Assembly (NCBI GenBank): GCA_963655075.1
Contig: CAVKDW010000001.1
Span: 7,862 to 71,861, forward strand
Direction of reading: 5' to 3'
DNA: 64,000 nucleotides
DNA from: Muribaculaceae bacterium
GTDB lineage: Bacteria; Bacteroidota; Bacteroidia; Bacteroidales; Paludibacteraceae
Shown: in pieces, positions 1-7,965 of the stretch
Position numbering within the stretch: position 1 is the first letter of the stretch
How the letters are laid out: every line of letters begins with the position of its first letter
Position numbers and translations under genes: made by a program
Notes under the pieces: model-generated
Database searches by the model: none
What the model was told of the DNA's origin: nothing
Seen by the model: only the letters and a program-made list of their open reading frames with translations

Positions 1-1119
1 TGGTATATGGAACAAGCGGTAGAAGCATACAACACATACCTGCGCCTGCTGAAGACACCTTCTGGGCGGGAAGACTATGTCCGCAAACAGATACAACAAG
101 CAGAGAAATACCAACGCTACCTGCGACGGGTAGAGAAAGTTCATATACTCGACTCTATCGAAACCTCCTTGGATAGCCTCATCCACGTATGCGTATTATC
201 CGCAGAAGCAGGCAAACTGACAACCGACAACATAGGCACTGTCATCTATACCAACCAACGGGCTGACAGACGACTGTGGACTACAACCAATAACTCGTCC
301 TCATACATCGTGTCTAACCAACGACTACTCGATCAGTGGACCAAGCCCGACACACTACCACCAACGATCAACAGAGGCAGCAAACAGACTAATCCATTCA
401 TGCTGAGCGATGGAGTGACACTATACTTCGCCTCCAACGATAGCAACGGACTCGGAGGATACGACATCTATGTCAGCCGGTACAACACCTCAACAGGTAA
501 CTACACCACACCCGAGAACCTCGGATTCCCTTATAACTCCACCGCTAACGACTACATGATGATTATTGATGAGACACAACATATAGGTTATTTCGCCACA
601 GACCGATCATCTGAACAAGGACGAGTGAAGATATACTCTTTCCTACCGCAGGAGCAAAAGACATACTGGCGCAATATACCCACCGACTCGCTCATCGCCT
701 ACGCCCGGTTACGGTATATACTGCAAGCGGATAAAGAAGACATCGATACCACCAGCACAACCCACTCCAACACACAACAACTCCCTACACCCTCTATACG
801 CTTCGCACTCAACGACTCCGTGATATACCACTCTCTCGACGATTTTCAAAGCGACACCGCACGACAACTATACCAACAGTGGCAGACGGCATGGCAGACA
901 CTGCAGGAAAGCAAAAACTACCTGCAACAACTACGGCAACAATACTATAACGGAAACACCGACAAGCGCAACGAACTGGCACCTGTCATCTTACGTATCG
1001 AGAGAGAAATACCACAACAGACCATCCTCTGCACGCAACTACTCAATACCGTGCGCCGAACAGAACTTGAAACAATTACTACACGAACCCGTCAGGAGTA
1101 CATCTTACCCACTATGTAG
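1..1119 (+). CDS. 5'-truncated periplasmic protein with TolB-like PD40/WD40-like beta-propeller repeats (function unknown)
   Basis: Frame is open from the window edge (first ATG at 7) to the stop at 1119. The segment SDGVTLYFASNDSNGLGGYDIYVSRYN...GFPYNSTANDYMMIIDE...GYFATDR looks like PD40 repeats. Codons are A/C-ending as in other + strand genes here. Confidence 0.6.
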   Translation, partial: WYMEQAVEAYNTYLRLLKTPSGREDYVRKQIQQAEKYQRYLRRVEKVHILDSIETSLDSLIHVCVLSAEAGKLTTDNIGTVIYTNQRADRRLWTTTNNSSSYIVSNQRLLDQWTKPDTLPPTINRGSKQTNPFMLSDGVTLYFASNDSNGLGGYDIYVSRYNTSTGNYTTPENLGFPYNSTANDYMMIIDETQHIGYFATDRSSEQGRVKIYSFLPQEQKTYWRNIPTDSLIAYARLRYILQADKEDIDTTSTTHSNTQQLPTPSIRFALNDSVIYHSLDDFQSDTARQLYQQWQTAWQTLQESKNYLQQLRQQYYNGNTDKRNELAPVILRIEREIPQQTILCTQLLNTVRRTELETITTRTRQEYILPTM

Positions 1120-1886
1120 TTGACCAAACGGGAGGGAAGTAACCTATTGAGCAAACAAAACAACCTATACATCGCCCCTCCCACATACAACGGCTTCACA
1201 CTGCGGCGAGTGGCTATACGATACAAGTCCTGCGCCATATGCTCTGCCGTCATTCCGCTACGCTCATCACGCTCCATAGCAGCTACCGCTGAATGCATAC
1301 GCACATAGACATCCCCACCACATACACTCTTCTGACGAGCATCCGTAAAACCCGTTGACACATCACCGGGCATCAACACACTTACCGAGATACCAAAACT
1401 GCGCACCTCATTCGCCAACGCCATAGACAGAGCATTGATAGCAGCCTTACTCGCACTATAGAAACTCTGATAAGGAATACTCAACACGGCGGCAACAGAG
1501 GAGGTGAAGATGATACGACCATACCGCTGAGCACGAAGAGTAGGCAACACGGCTTTCACTATATAAAAAGCACCAAAGAAATTAACGTCAAACTGCCGAT
1601 GAGCATCACCGGTCGTGGTAAACTCTATAGGACCGGAGATGCCGAAACCCGCATTGCTGATAACCACATCTATATGACTCGTATAGGTAAGCACCTCTGA
1701 CACAGCCTGACGAACAGACGGCTCATCCGTCACATCGCAATAGATGTGAGTGATACCATCATGACTCTGACCATGACGGCTGAGTTCAAAAACCTGCCAA
1801 CCTCTACTCGCAAACAACTGCACCGCCGCCAAACCTATACCCGACGACCCACCTGTCAAAACCAATGTCTTCATAACACTACTCAT
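1092..1886 (-). CDS. short-chain dehydrogenase/reductase (SDR) family oxidoreductase
   Basis: Rossmann motif TGGSSGIG, NAG motif (ISNAGFG) and catalytic YxxxK (YSASKAA). Alternative ATG at 1874 (MKTLVLTGG). The 3' end overlaps the convergent ORF by 28 nt. Confidence 0.9.
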   Translation of the reverse strand: MSSVMKTLVLTGGSSGIGLAAVQLFASRGWQVFELSRHGQSHDGITHIYCDVTDEPSVRQAVSEVLTYTSHIDVVISNAGFGISGPIEFTTTGDAHRQFDVNFFGAFYIVKAVLPTLRAQRYGRIIFTSSVAAVLSIPYQSFYSASKAAINALSMALANEVRSFGISVSVLMPGDVSTGFTDARQKSVCGGDVYVRMHSAVAAMERDERSGMTAEHMAQDLYRIATRRSVKPLYVGGAMYRLFCLLNRLLPSRLVNYIVGKMYS

Positions 1887-2060
1887 AACGCCATACTTAT
1901 ATCATTACACATACTTAAAAATACTACTCAACCACTAAGATATACTACGCAACCCCACATCCCAACCAACTATACTCCACACTCACAAACCACACATCCA
2001 CTAACCACATCCTCACACCCAATACCCAATACCAAATATCCACTATCCCAACTGCACCCG

Positions 2061-2068
2061 CAAAAGTA
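2061..2068 (-). promoter_or_regulatory. candidate -7 promoter box for the SDR gene
   Basis: CAAAAGTA is the reverse complement of TACTTTTG (Bacteroidota TAnnTTTG). It lies 175 nt upstream of the SDR start, a long leader, hence lower confidence. Confidence 0.4.
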
Positions 2069-2185
2069 CTACTATTCTCCGACATCTCCAAAAACACCCT
2101 CACCAACTAATCCACACATAAACCCGTCAACCAACTAAACAACGCATAAACTCATCAACCCATAAACAGTCACATCGTAAATATA

Positions 2186-2217
2186 TTTGCCCATTTACCT
2201 CGAATGTATTAACTTTG
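2186..2217 (+). promoter_or_regulatory. candidate -33/-7 promoter driving the downstream ncRNA candidate
   Basis: TTTG at 2186-2189 and TAACTTTG at 2210-2217, 20 nt apart. The box is followed by GCAGCGCA, the same context as the tRNA-fMet (25641) and tRNA-Cys (27508) promoters. Confidence 0.5.
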
Positions 2218-2340
2218 CAGCGCAAAGTCTTGGAGGCAAATCCGCAAACCGAGCAAAAACAAACAATAAACAACAACTTAACAACTACTCCGCCTATGGT
2301 ATAACCGCGCATCGTAAAGGCGATGCAACGACATATTTAT

Positions 2341-2515
2341 AGAAGCGTTATGCTTTCTCTGGATGTTCGAAACCTGAACAATTTCTAACAACTGACCAAG
2401 AACGAAGCCTTTAACGCTCACGCTTGTTGCGTGGGCTTTCGTCCGTAGAATTTGGTCAGCAAGGTAGTTCAGGACCGCGACATCCAAGTGAAACGACAAA
2501 GTTCCACGCTTTATT
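2341..2515 (+). ncRNA. candidate structured ncRNA: about 170-nt extended imperfect hairpin, 6S (SsrS)-like architecture
   Basis: Nested helices read by hand. 2343-2347/2507-2511; 2354-2357/2490-2493; 2360-2366/2480-2486 (7 bp); 2373-2379/2467-2473 (7 bp). An asymmetric internal loop follows (12 nt vs 7 nt), then 2392-2399/2452-2459 (8 bp) and 2402-2409/2434-2442 (8 bp with a 1-nt bulge). The apical hairpin is 2419-2423/2429-2433. A T-rich tail follows at 2511-2520. Strand is inferred from the upstream promoter only. Confidence 0.4.
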
Positions 2516-2640
2516 TGTGTATAAAGGGATAAAATGATTCAGAACAGACCAAAATAACTGCATCGAAAATAACTGATATTATCAAAACGGAGTAAGCCGA
2601 AAATCCGATCAAAGAGTAGGCAATATAATATCTATAACTT

Positions 2641-2982
2641 ATGAGGTTCTTATTAAAAACAATCTTTTGGGCGTTAACGTTAGTTTCTGCCTTTTTTGCT
2701 CTGTGTTATTGGTCAGAGAGTAACACTACTGCGGCTATTTGCTTTAGTGTCTTGGGGCTTATTGGTCTTACCTGTGTATATGGTGTTAAGCACCGTTGTC
2801 CTAACTGCCATAAATGGTTTGTGTTTTCAGAAAGTGACAGAACTGTACAATCACGCGAACCATATAAGGTTGCTAAAGGCGGGAATTTTTTGTTCAAAAC
2901 TATATACAATGTAAAGTATAAATGCTCAAATTGCGGACATTTAGAAGAACGTTTAAGACATGAAACAGAAAAGGAGGATTGA
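2641..2982 (+). CDS. small membrane-anchored protein with two CxxC pairs (zinc-ribbon-like), function unknown
   Basis: 113-aa ORF with two N-terminal hydrophobic helices, then CPNC...CSNC. It is visibly more AT-rich than its neighbours. I recognise no homolog. Confidence 0.5.
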   Translation: MRFLLKTIFWALTLVSAFFALCYWSESNTTAAICFSVLGLIGLTCVYGVKHRCPNCHKWFVFSESDRTVQSREPYKVAKGGNFLFKTIYNVKYKCSNCGHLEERLRHETEKED

Positions 2983-3139
2983 CAATGGCCTAAAGATGGA
3001 TTATAGAAAAAGTAGAAGAAAATAAGGCTTGTGGTTGTATGAGTAGTATAGTTCTTTTACTAATCCATTTTTTCCGTAATAGGTAGGGCTAATCGTTGAA
3101 ACCTGTAGTGGAGATAATAATCAAGTAGTGGTTTCTTAG

Positions 3140-3172
3140 GAGGCTGTCTAACAAGTAAAGTTAGGCAGCCTC
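3140..3172. terminator. 13-bp hairpin between convergent genes (terminator-like, no U-tract)
   Basis: GAGGCTGTCTAAC-aagtaaa-GTTAGGCAGCCTC with one G.U pair. It sits between the stop at 2982 (+) and the stop at 3179 (-). Confidence 0.5.
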
Positions 3173-3178
3173 AGTGCA

Positions 3179-4360
3179 CTAATACTTCGGTGTCTTCTTC
3201 AGGACACGGGCGATAATCTCCACTGCCTCGTCAATCACCGGCTCCGTATGGGTCGCCATCAGCGTGGTACGAAGCAAACACTCGCCCTCTACGCAGGCTG
3301 GAGCAACGACAGGGTTGACATACACGCCCTCATCATACATCTCCTTGCCATACCATAACGTGTCAAAAGTCTTATAAGTAAAGATAGGCACAATAGGCGT
3401 AGGTGCCTGGATAATATGTACGCCTGCATCTATCAGTCGTTGGCTGAAATAGCGGGCTATACGCATCAGTCGTGCTGGACGTTCCGGGTCTTGCTGCAAA
3501 CGGTGTAACGCTTCCAAGGCTGTGGCAGCACTACATGGTGTGATAGAGGCAGAGAAGATGAATGGACGAGAAGCATGACTCACGTACTCATGCACCGCCT
3601 TGCTTGATAACATACATCCACCTATGCTAGCCAACGACTTGGAGAAAGTGAGCATAGTAATATCCACCTTGTCCGTCAGACCGAAATATGAGGCGGTACC
3701 ACGACCTCCCTCACCCAACACACCAAAACCATGAGCGTCATCCACCATCACACGAGCACCATACTTCTCCGCAAGCGATACTATCTCAGGCAGACGACAG
3801 ATATCACCACGCATAGAGAATACTCCATCCGTAACAATCAGTTTACCGGCATTCTCCGGTATCTGTTGCAACTTGGACTCCAGATCCGCCATGTCCGAAT
3901 GCTTATAACGCAACACCTGCGCATAAGACAGACGGCACGCATCATAGATACTGGCGTGATTCTCACGGTCGTTGAGGATATAGTCATTCTTACCACATAG
4001 GGCAGAGATTATCGCCAGATTCGTCTGGAAACCTGTACTACAGGTCATAGCAGCCCCATATCCCGTGAAGTCTGCTAACTCGCGCTCTAATTGTAGATGT
4101 AAATCAAGGGTGCCGTTTAGGAAACGACTACCTGACACACCGGTGCCATACTTATCCAATGCCTTATGTCCTGCTTCGATAACTTGTGCATCTTCCGTCA
4201 GGCCGAGGTAGTTATTGCTTCCCAGCATAATACGCCGCCGACCCTCCATCTCCACCACCGGAGCCTGCTTAGACTCCAGTGTGTGGAAATAAGGATAGAT
4301 GTTACGACGCTTAACCTCTTCCAAAAGGTCATTATGGCACTTCTGAAACAAATCAGCCAT
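3179..4360 (-). CDS. alpha-oxoamine synthase family PLP enzyme, probable serine palmitoyltransferase (alternatively 8-amino-7-oxononanoate synthase)
   Basis: 393 aa. Has GSNNYLGL, DDAHGFG and a PLP-lysine context TFSKSLASIGG. No bio genes are adjacent, and Bacteroidales make sphingolipids via such an enzyme. Confidence 0.75.
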   Translation of the reverse strand: MADLFQKCHNDLLEEVKRRNIYPYFHTLESKQAPVVEMEGRRRIMLGSNNYLGLTEDAQVIEAGHKALDKYGTGVSGSRFLNGTLDLHLQLERELADFTGYGAAMTCSTGFQTNLAIISALCGKNDYILNDRENHASIYDACRLSYAQVLRYKHSDMADLESKLQQIPENAGKLIVTDGVFSMRGDICRLPEIVSLAEKYGARVMVDDAHGFGVLGEGGRGTASYFGLTDKVDITMLTFSKSLASIGGCMLSSKAVHEYVSHASRPFIFSASITPCSAATALEALHRLQQDPERPARLMRIARYFSQRLIDAGVHIIQAPTPIVPIFTYKTFDTLWYGKEMYDEGVYVNPVVAPACVEGECLLRTTLMATHTEPVIDEAVEIIARVLKKTPKY

Positions 4361-4374
4361 TGTGCCGAGCGAAA

Positions 4375-5316
4375 TTATATCGCGTTTATCTCGTGAAGGA
4401 CAGATGTCGTCTTTGCTACCGCAGCCTCACTGGCAGCAAAGAGTTCTTTCTCCTTGTCGTTAAGCGGGAGTTCTACGATCTTCTCTATACCCTTCTTACC
4501 AATGATACATGGAACACCTATAGTAATATCCTTGTATCCATACTCACCCTCAAGATAAGCCGAGCAAGGTATCATCTTCTTCTGGTCATTGATGATACTA
4601 TCTACGACACTGGCAGCACTGGCACCCGGAGCCATCCAAGCACTGGTACCAAGAAGACCTGTCAATGTAGCTCCACCTACCATAGTAGCGTGTACCACTT
4701 CGTCTAACTCTGCCTCGCTGATGAAATTAAGAATAGGCATGCCCTTGTAGGTAGCAAAACGTGCCATAGGGATCATCGTCGTATCTCCATGACCACCTAT
4801 CACAAAGCCCTCAACCTCATTAGCGTTGCATCCCAACTTCTGACTAAGGAAGTATTTGAAGCGGCTACTATCGAGTGCACCACCCATACCTATCACACGA
4901 TTACGTGACAGTCCGAGAGCCTTCAGCGTGAGGTAGGCCATTGTATCCATAGGATTGGAAACAACGATAAGAATAGCATTGGGAGAGTAGGTTAACACCT
5001 GATTGACAACACTCTTGACTATACCGGCATTAACACCGATCAGTTCCTCACGTGTCATACCCGGCTTACGAGGCAGACCGCTAGTGATAACCACTACGTC
5101 AGAATCAGCAGTCTGTGTGTAATCGTTGGTAACACCCTTAACTACTGTGTCGAAACCCAATAGTTGAGCGGTCTGCATAATATCCATAGCCTTGCCTTCG
5201 GCAACACCTTCCTTGATATCAATCAGTACGACTTCACTGGCAACTTTCTTTACTGCCAATACATTAGCGCACGTAGCACCTACGTTACCTGCGCCTACAA
5301 CAGTTACTTTGGACAT
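4375..5316 (-). CDS. mdh: malate dehydrogenase (LDH-like, NAD-dependent)
   Basis: 313 aa. N-terminal VVGAGNVG dinucleotide fold, then ITSGLPRKPGMTREEL and a GGHGDT block typical of LDH-like MDH. Confidence 0.9.
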   Translation of the reverse strand: MSKVTVVGAGNVGATCANVLAVKKVASEVVLIDIKEGVAEGKAMDIMQTAQLLGFDTVVKGVTNDYTQTADSDVVVITSGLPRKPGMTREELIGVNAGIVKSVVNQVLTYSPNAILIVVSNPMDTMAYLTLKALGLSRNRVIGMGGALDSSRFKYFLSQKLGCNANEVEGFVIGGHGDTTMIPMARFATYKGMPILNFISEAELDEVVHATMVGGATLTGLLGTSAWMAPGASAASVVDSIINDQKKMIPCSAYLEGEYGYKDITIGVPCIIGKKGIEKIVELPLNDKEKELFAASEAAVAKTTSVLHEINAI

Positions 5317-5395
5317 AGATTTATTATTTTTATGTTAAACGATCTTGCTAATACACGGAGAGATAGAGACTGACACCAATACCCCATCCAACTTG

Positions 5396-5403
5396 CAAAG
5401 GTA
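5396..5403 (-). promoter_or_regulatory. -7 promoter box for mdh
   Basis: CAAAGGTA is the reverse complement of TACCTTTG. It lies 79 nt upstream of the mdh ATG. Confidence 0.55.
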
Positions 5404-5436
5404 ATCTTTTTCCCCGATATACAGAAATGTTCCTAT

Positions 5437-5470
5437 AAAAACGTCCCCTTTTTCATAAAAAGTGGGACGT
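5437..5470 (-). terminator. hairpin terminator after the NlpC/P60 gene
   Basis: ACGTCCC (5441-5447) pairs with GGGACGT (5464-5470). On the minus strand it is followed by a short U run (plus-strand AAAA at 5437-5440). Confidence 0.45.
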
Positions 5471-5480
5471 AAGATACTCA

Positions 5481-6290
5481 TCACTCTGTCTGACTGTTCT
5501 CTATATAACGACATATGCCTACCAAATGATGTGTTCGTTCACCTGATGGCAGATATATGCCACACTCATCTATGTTATTGATATGCACGTTCCCGGAGCA
5601 GTGCACCACCTCTGTTGGACTGAGTAATAATCCTACATGCGACACCTTGGTAGATAGAGGGTCTCGGTCTGCATGGTCAAAAAAGACAAGATCTCCTATC
5701 TGTGCCTGCTCCATCGATGGGACACAACGCCCTTGTGTTATCTGTTCACGTGCATTACGCAGTAACGGCACGCCAAATAGCGAGTAGATGACCTGCGTCA
5801 TGCCCGAACAATCCATACCCAGACTACTCTTTCCCCCCCATAGGTAAGGTGTATTCATAAGACTATGTACAACCGAGCCTATCGTATCTGCATAGAATGG
5901 CAATGGTCGTTCCGTTACGTGTTGAGAGTCTATACAGTAACGTACACCCAACATCTCAAACTCTCCATCGGCATACTTAGGTAGCCGCGTCCCTGCTGTG
6001 AGTAAGACAGTCTCCTCTGTATCCCGGCGTTGAGCATATGCCACAGCAGATTTCACAACAGCTATATTTTCTTGTATATACGGCATACACTCATCATCTT
6101 CACACAGCGTAACCATCTTAAAGTCCACCCATCCTTGTTGTCCATCACGCAAAGAGCGGACACAAGTCCAACGGGGTAATCGGTCAATGACATCACAAGG
6201 CTCACCCCACAGCAACTGTGTGAGCATCTCACTTCCCTCTGCAGGTTCAGACCTCATAGGGACAATCGTAGCATTAGCAACCGCTCGCAT
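5481..6290 (-). CDS. C40 (NlpC/P60) family peptidoglycan peptidase with N-terminal SH3-like domain
   Basis: Catalytic Cys context GGKSSLGMDCSGM, downstream GDLVFF and SHVGLL. Its start overlaps the nadB stop by 1 nt (TAATG). Confidence 0.8.
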   Translation of the reverse strand: MRAVANATIVPMRSEPAEGSEMLTQLLWGEPCDVIDRLPRWTCVRSLRDGQQGWVDFKMVTLCEDDECMPYIQENIAVVKSAVAYAQRRDTEETVLLTAGTRLPKYADGEFEMLGVRYCIDSQHVTERPLPFYADTIGSVVHSLMNTPYLWGGKSSLGMDCSGMTQVIYSLFGVPLLRNAREQITQGRCVPSMEQAQIGDLVFFDHADRDPLSTKVSHVGLLLSPTEVVHCSGNVHINNIDECGIYLPSGERTHHLVGICRYIENSQTE

Positions 6291-7891
6291 TACCAGACTT
6301 CTTGTGTGTTATTATTGGGGTTCTTTGGATAGTCAATCGTATAGTGTAACCCCCGAGACTCTTTGCGTTCGATAGCCTGGCGAGTTATCAGATATCCTAC
6401 GTTGATCATATTGCGCAACTCGCAAATCTCACGTGTGGCTTTGACACGCTTGAACAGGTCCTCTGTCTCTTCGTATAACAGGTCGAGCCGTTCCCATGCG
6501 CGTCGCAGACGCAGGTCGCTGCGCACAATACCCACATACGTTGACATAATCTGACCTACCTCACGCATATCTTGTGAGATGAGGACATGCTCTTCGTTCG
6601 TCATCGTCCCCTCATCATTCCAATCCGGCACCTTGCTATTGAAGTCATACTGATCTATCACGCTGAGGCTATGGCGAGCAGCCGCATCCGCATAGACGAC
6701 TGCTTCAATGAGTGAGTTGCTCGCAAGGCGGTTCCCGCCATGCAACCCGGTACAACTACATTCGCCCACTGCATATAGACGACGAATAGTAGATTGCGCA
6801 TCCAAGTTGACTTTGATACCACCACACATATAGTGCGCACAGGGTGCAACAGGTATATACTCTTTGGTAATATCTATGCCTATACTCTGACACTTTGCAT
6901 AGATATTTGGGAAGTGATGCTTGGTCTCCTCAGGATCTTTATGTGTGACATCCAGACACACATGATCCAAACCATGTATCTTCATTTCGTTGTCTATAGC
7001 CCGTGCCACGATGTCACGCGGAGCCAAAGAGAGGCGTGCATCATACTTCTGCATAAACTCATCTCCATTAGGTAATCGAAGTATGCCGCCATATCCACGC
7101 ATAGCCTCCGTGATAAGGTATGCCGGATGTGTCTCACCCGGGTGGAAGAGTGCCGTAGGATGGAACTGTACAAACTCCATATCCTTGACTTGCCCTTTGG
7201 CACGATACACCATGGCAATACCATCACCTGTGGCGATATTAGGATTAGTAGTAGTTGCATAGACCGCCCCTGTACCACCTGTCGCCATAAGAGTAATACG
7301 GCTTAGGTAGGTTTCTATCTTCTTGGTAACCGGGTCGAGGATATAGGCACCATAACACTCTATGTCCGGTGTACGCCGAGTAACGCGGACACCTAAATGA
7401 TGTTGAGTGATTATCTCCACAGCAAAATGGTTCTCTAATACATCTATATATGGATTATCGCGTACTGCCGCCATCAACCCTCGCTGTATCTCTGCTCCTG
7501 TGTCATCCGCATGGTGCAATATACGGAACTCGGAGTGCCCACCTTCTCTATGCAGGTCATATCCACCCTCACTATTCTTATCGAAATTAACGCCCCAGTG
7601 CACCAGTTCTTCTATCTGTTTGGGAGCGTTACGCACCACTTGTTCTACCGCCATAGGGTCACTCAGCCAATCCCCTGCTACCATAGTATCATGGATATGC
7701 TTTTGGAAATCATCTACAAGCAGGTTGGTTACACTGGCTATACCTCCCTGTGCCTTGGAGGTGTTTGTCTCTTCGAGAGTAGTCTTGCAGCAGAGTGCTA
7801 TCTTATACTTCTGCGCACGTGCCACCTTGAGGGCAAAACTCATACCGGCTACACCGCCGCCTATTATGAGAAAATCATATTTACGAGTCAT
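6290..7891 (-). CDS. nadB: L-aspartate oxidase
   Basis: 533 aa. FAD fold DFLIIGGGVAGM, then AQGGIA, HPTAL and GLHGGNRLASNSL blocks typical of NadB/fumarate-reductase flavoproteins. Confidence 0.9.
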   Translation of the reverse strand: MTRKYDFLIIGGGVAGMSFALKVARAQKYKIALCCKTTLEETNTSKAQGGIASVTNLLVDDFQKHIHDTMVAGDWLSDPMAVEQVVRNAPKQIEELVHWGVNFDKNSEGGYDLHREGGHSEFRILHHADDTGAEIQRGLMAAVRDNPYIDVLENHFAVEIITQHHLGVRVTRRTPDIECYGAYILDPVTKKIETYLSRITLMATGGTGAVYATTTNPNIATGDGIAMVYRAKGQVKDMEFVQFHPTALFHPGETHPAYLITEAMRGYGGILRLPNGDEFMQKYDARLSLAPRDIVARAIDNEMKIHGLDHVCLDVTHKDPEETKHHFPNIYAKCQSIGIDITKEYIPVAPCAHYMCGGIKVNLDAQSTIRRLYAVGECSCTGLHGGNRLASNSLIEAVVYADAAARHSLSVIDQYDFNSKVPDWNDEGTMTNEEHVLISQDMREVGQIMSTYVGIVRSDLRLRRAWERLDLLYEETEDLFKRVKATREICELRNMINVGYLITRQAIERKESRGLHYTIDYPKNPNNNTQEVW

Positions 7892-7916
7892 AGTTTCGTA
7901 TATCTATTTGTGGTTG

Positions 7917-7924
7917 CAAAGTTA
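7917..7924 (-). promoter_or_regulatory. -7 promoter box for the nadB-C40 peptidase operon
   Basis: CAAAGTTA is the reverse complement of TAACTTTG. It lies 25 nt upstream of the nadB ATG. Confidence 0.55.
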
Positions 7925-7965
7925 CTGCAATTTCATAGTATTTGCAATAGAAAAGACTATAGAAC

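Noticed and set aside
1995-2117. DnaA-box-like 9-mers (TAATCCACA at about 2109-2117, ATATCCACT at about 2037-2045, ACATCCACT, TACTCCACA) in the G-free tract, which could suggest oriC
   Set aside because: None is a perfect TTATCCACA. Such words are expected by chance in an A/C-only tract. There is no AT-rich unwinding element and no dnaA/dnaN nearby. Codon-3 composition of minus-strand genes does not change polarity across this point.
2129-2140. 12-nt exact inverted match AACCAACTAAAC (2129-2140) versus GTTTAGTTGGTT (25395-25406), considered as inverted repeats bounding a 23-kb inversion
   Set aside because: The sequence is low-complexity, and the match does not extend. Minus-strand genes between the two sites have the same G/T-ending codon signature as those outside. 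Only the 16-21 kb block looks inverted.
2278-2499. 73-aa minus-strand ORF
   Set aside because: It lies entirely inside the strongly base-paired ncRNA candidate. It has no promoter box or plausible start context and no recognisable protein features.
2222-2520. Possibility that the structured RNA is tmRNA, RNase P RNA or SRP RNA
   Set aside because: The conserved GGAAAGTCCGGGC-type P4 sequence is absent. There is no tRNA-like acceptor/TCCACCA end or tag reading frame, and no GGAA-tetraloop/AGCA SRP domain IV motif.
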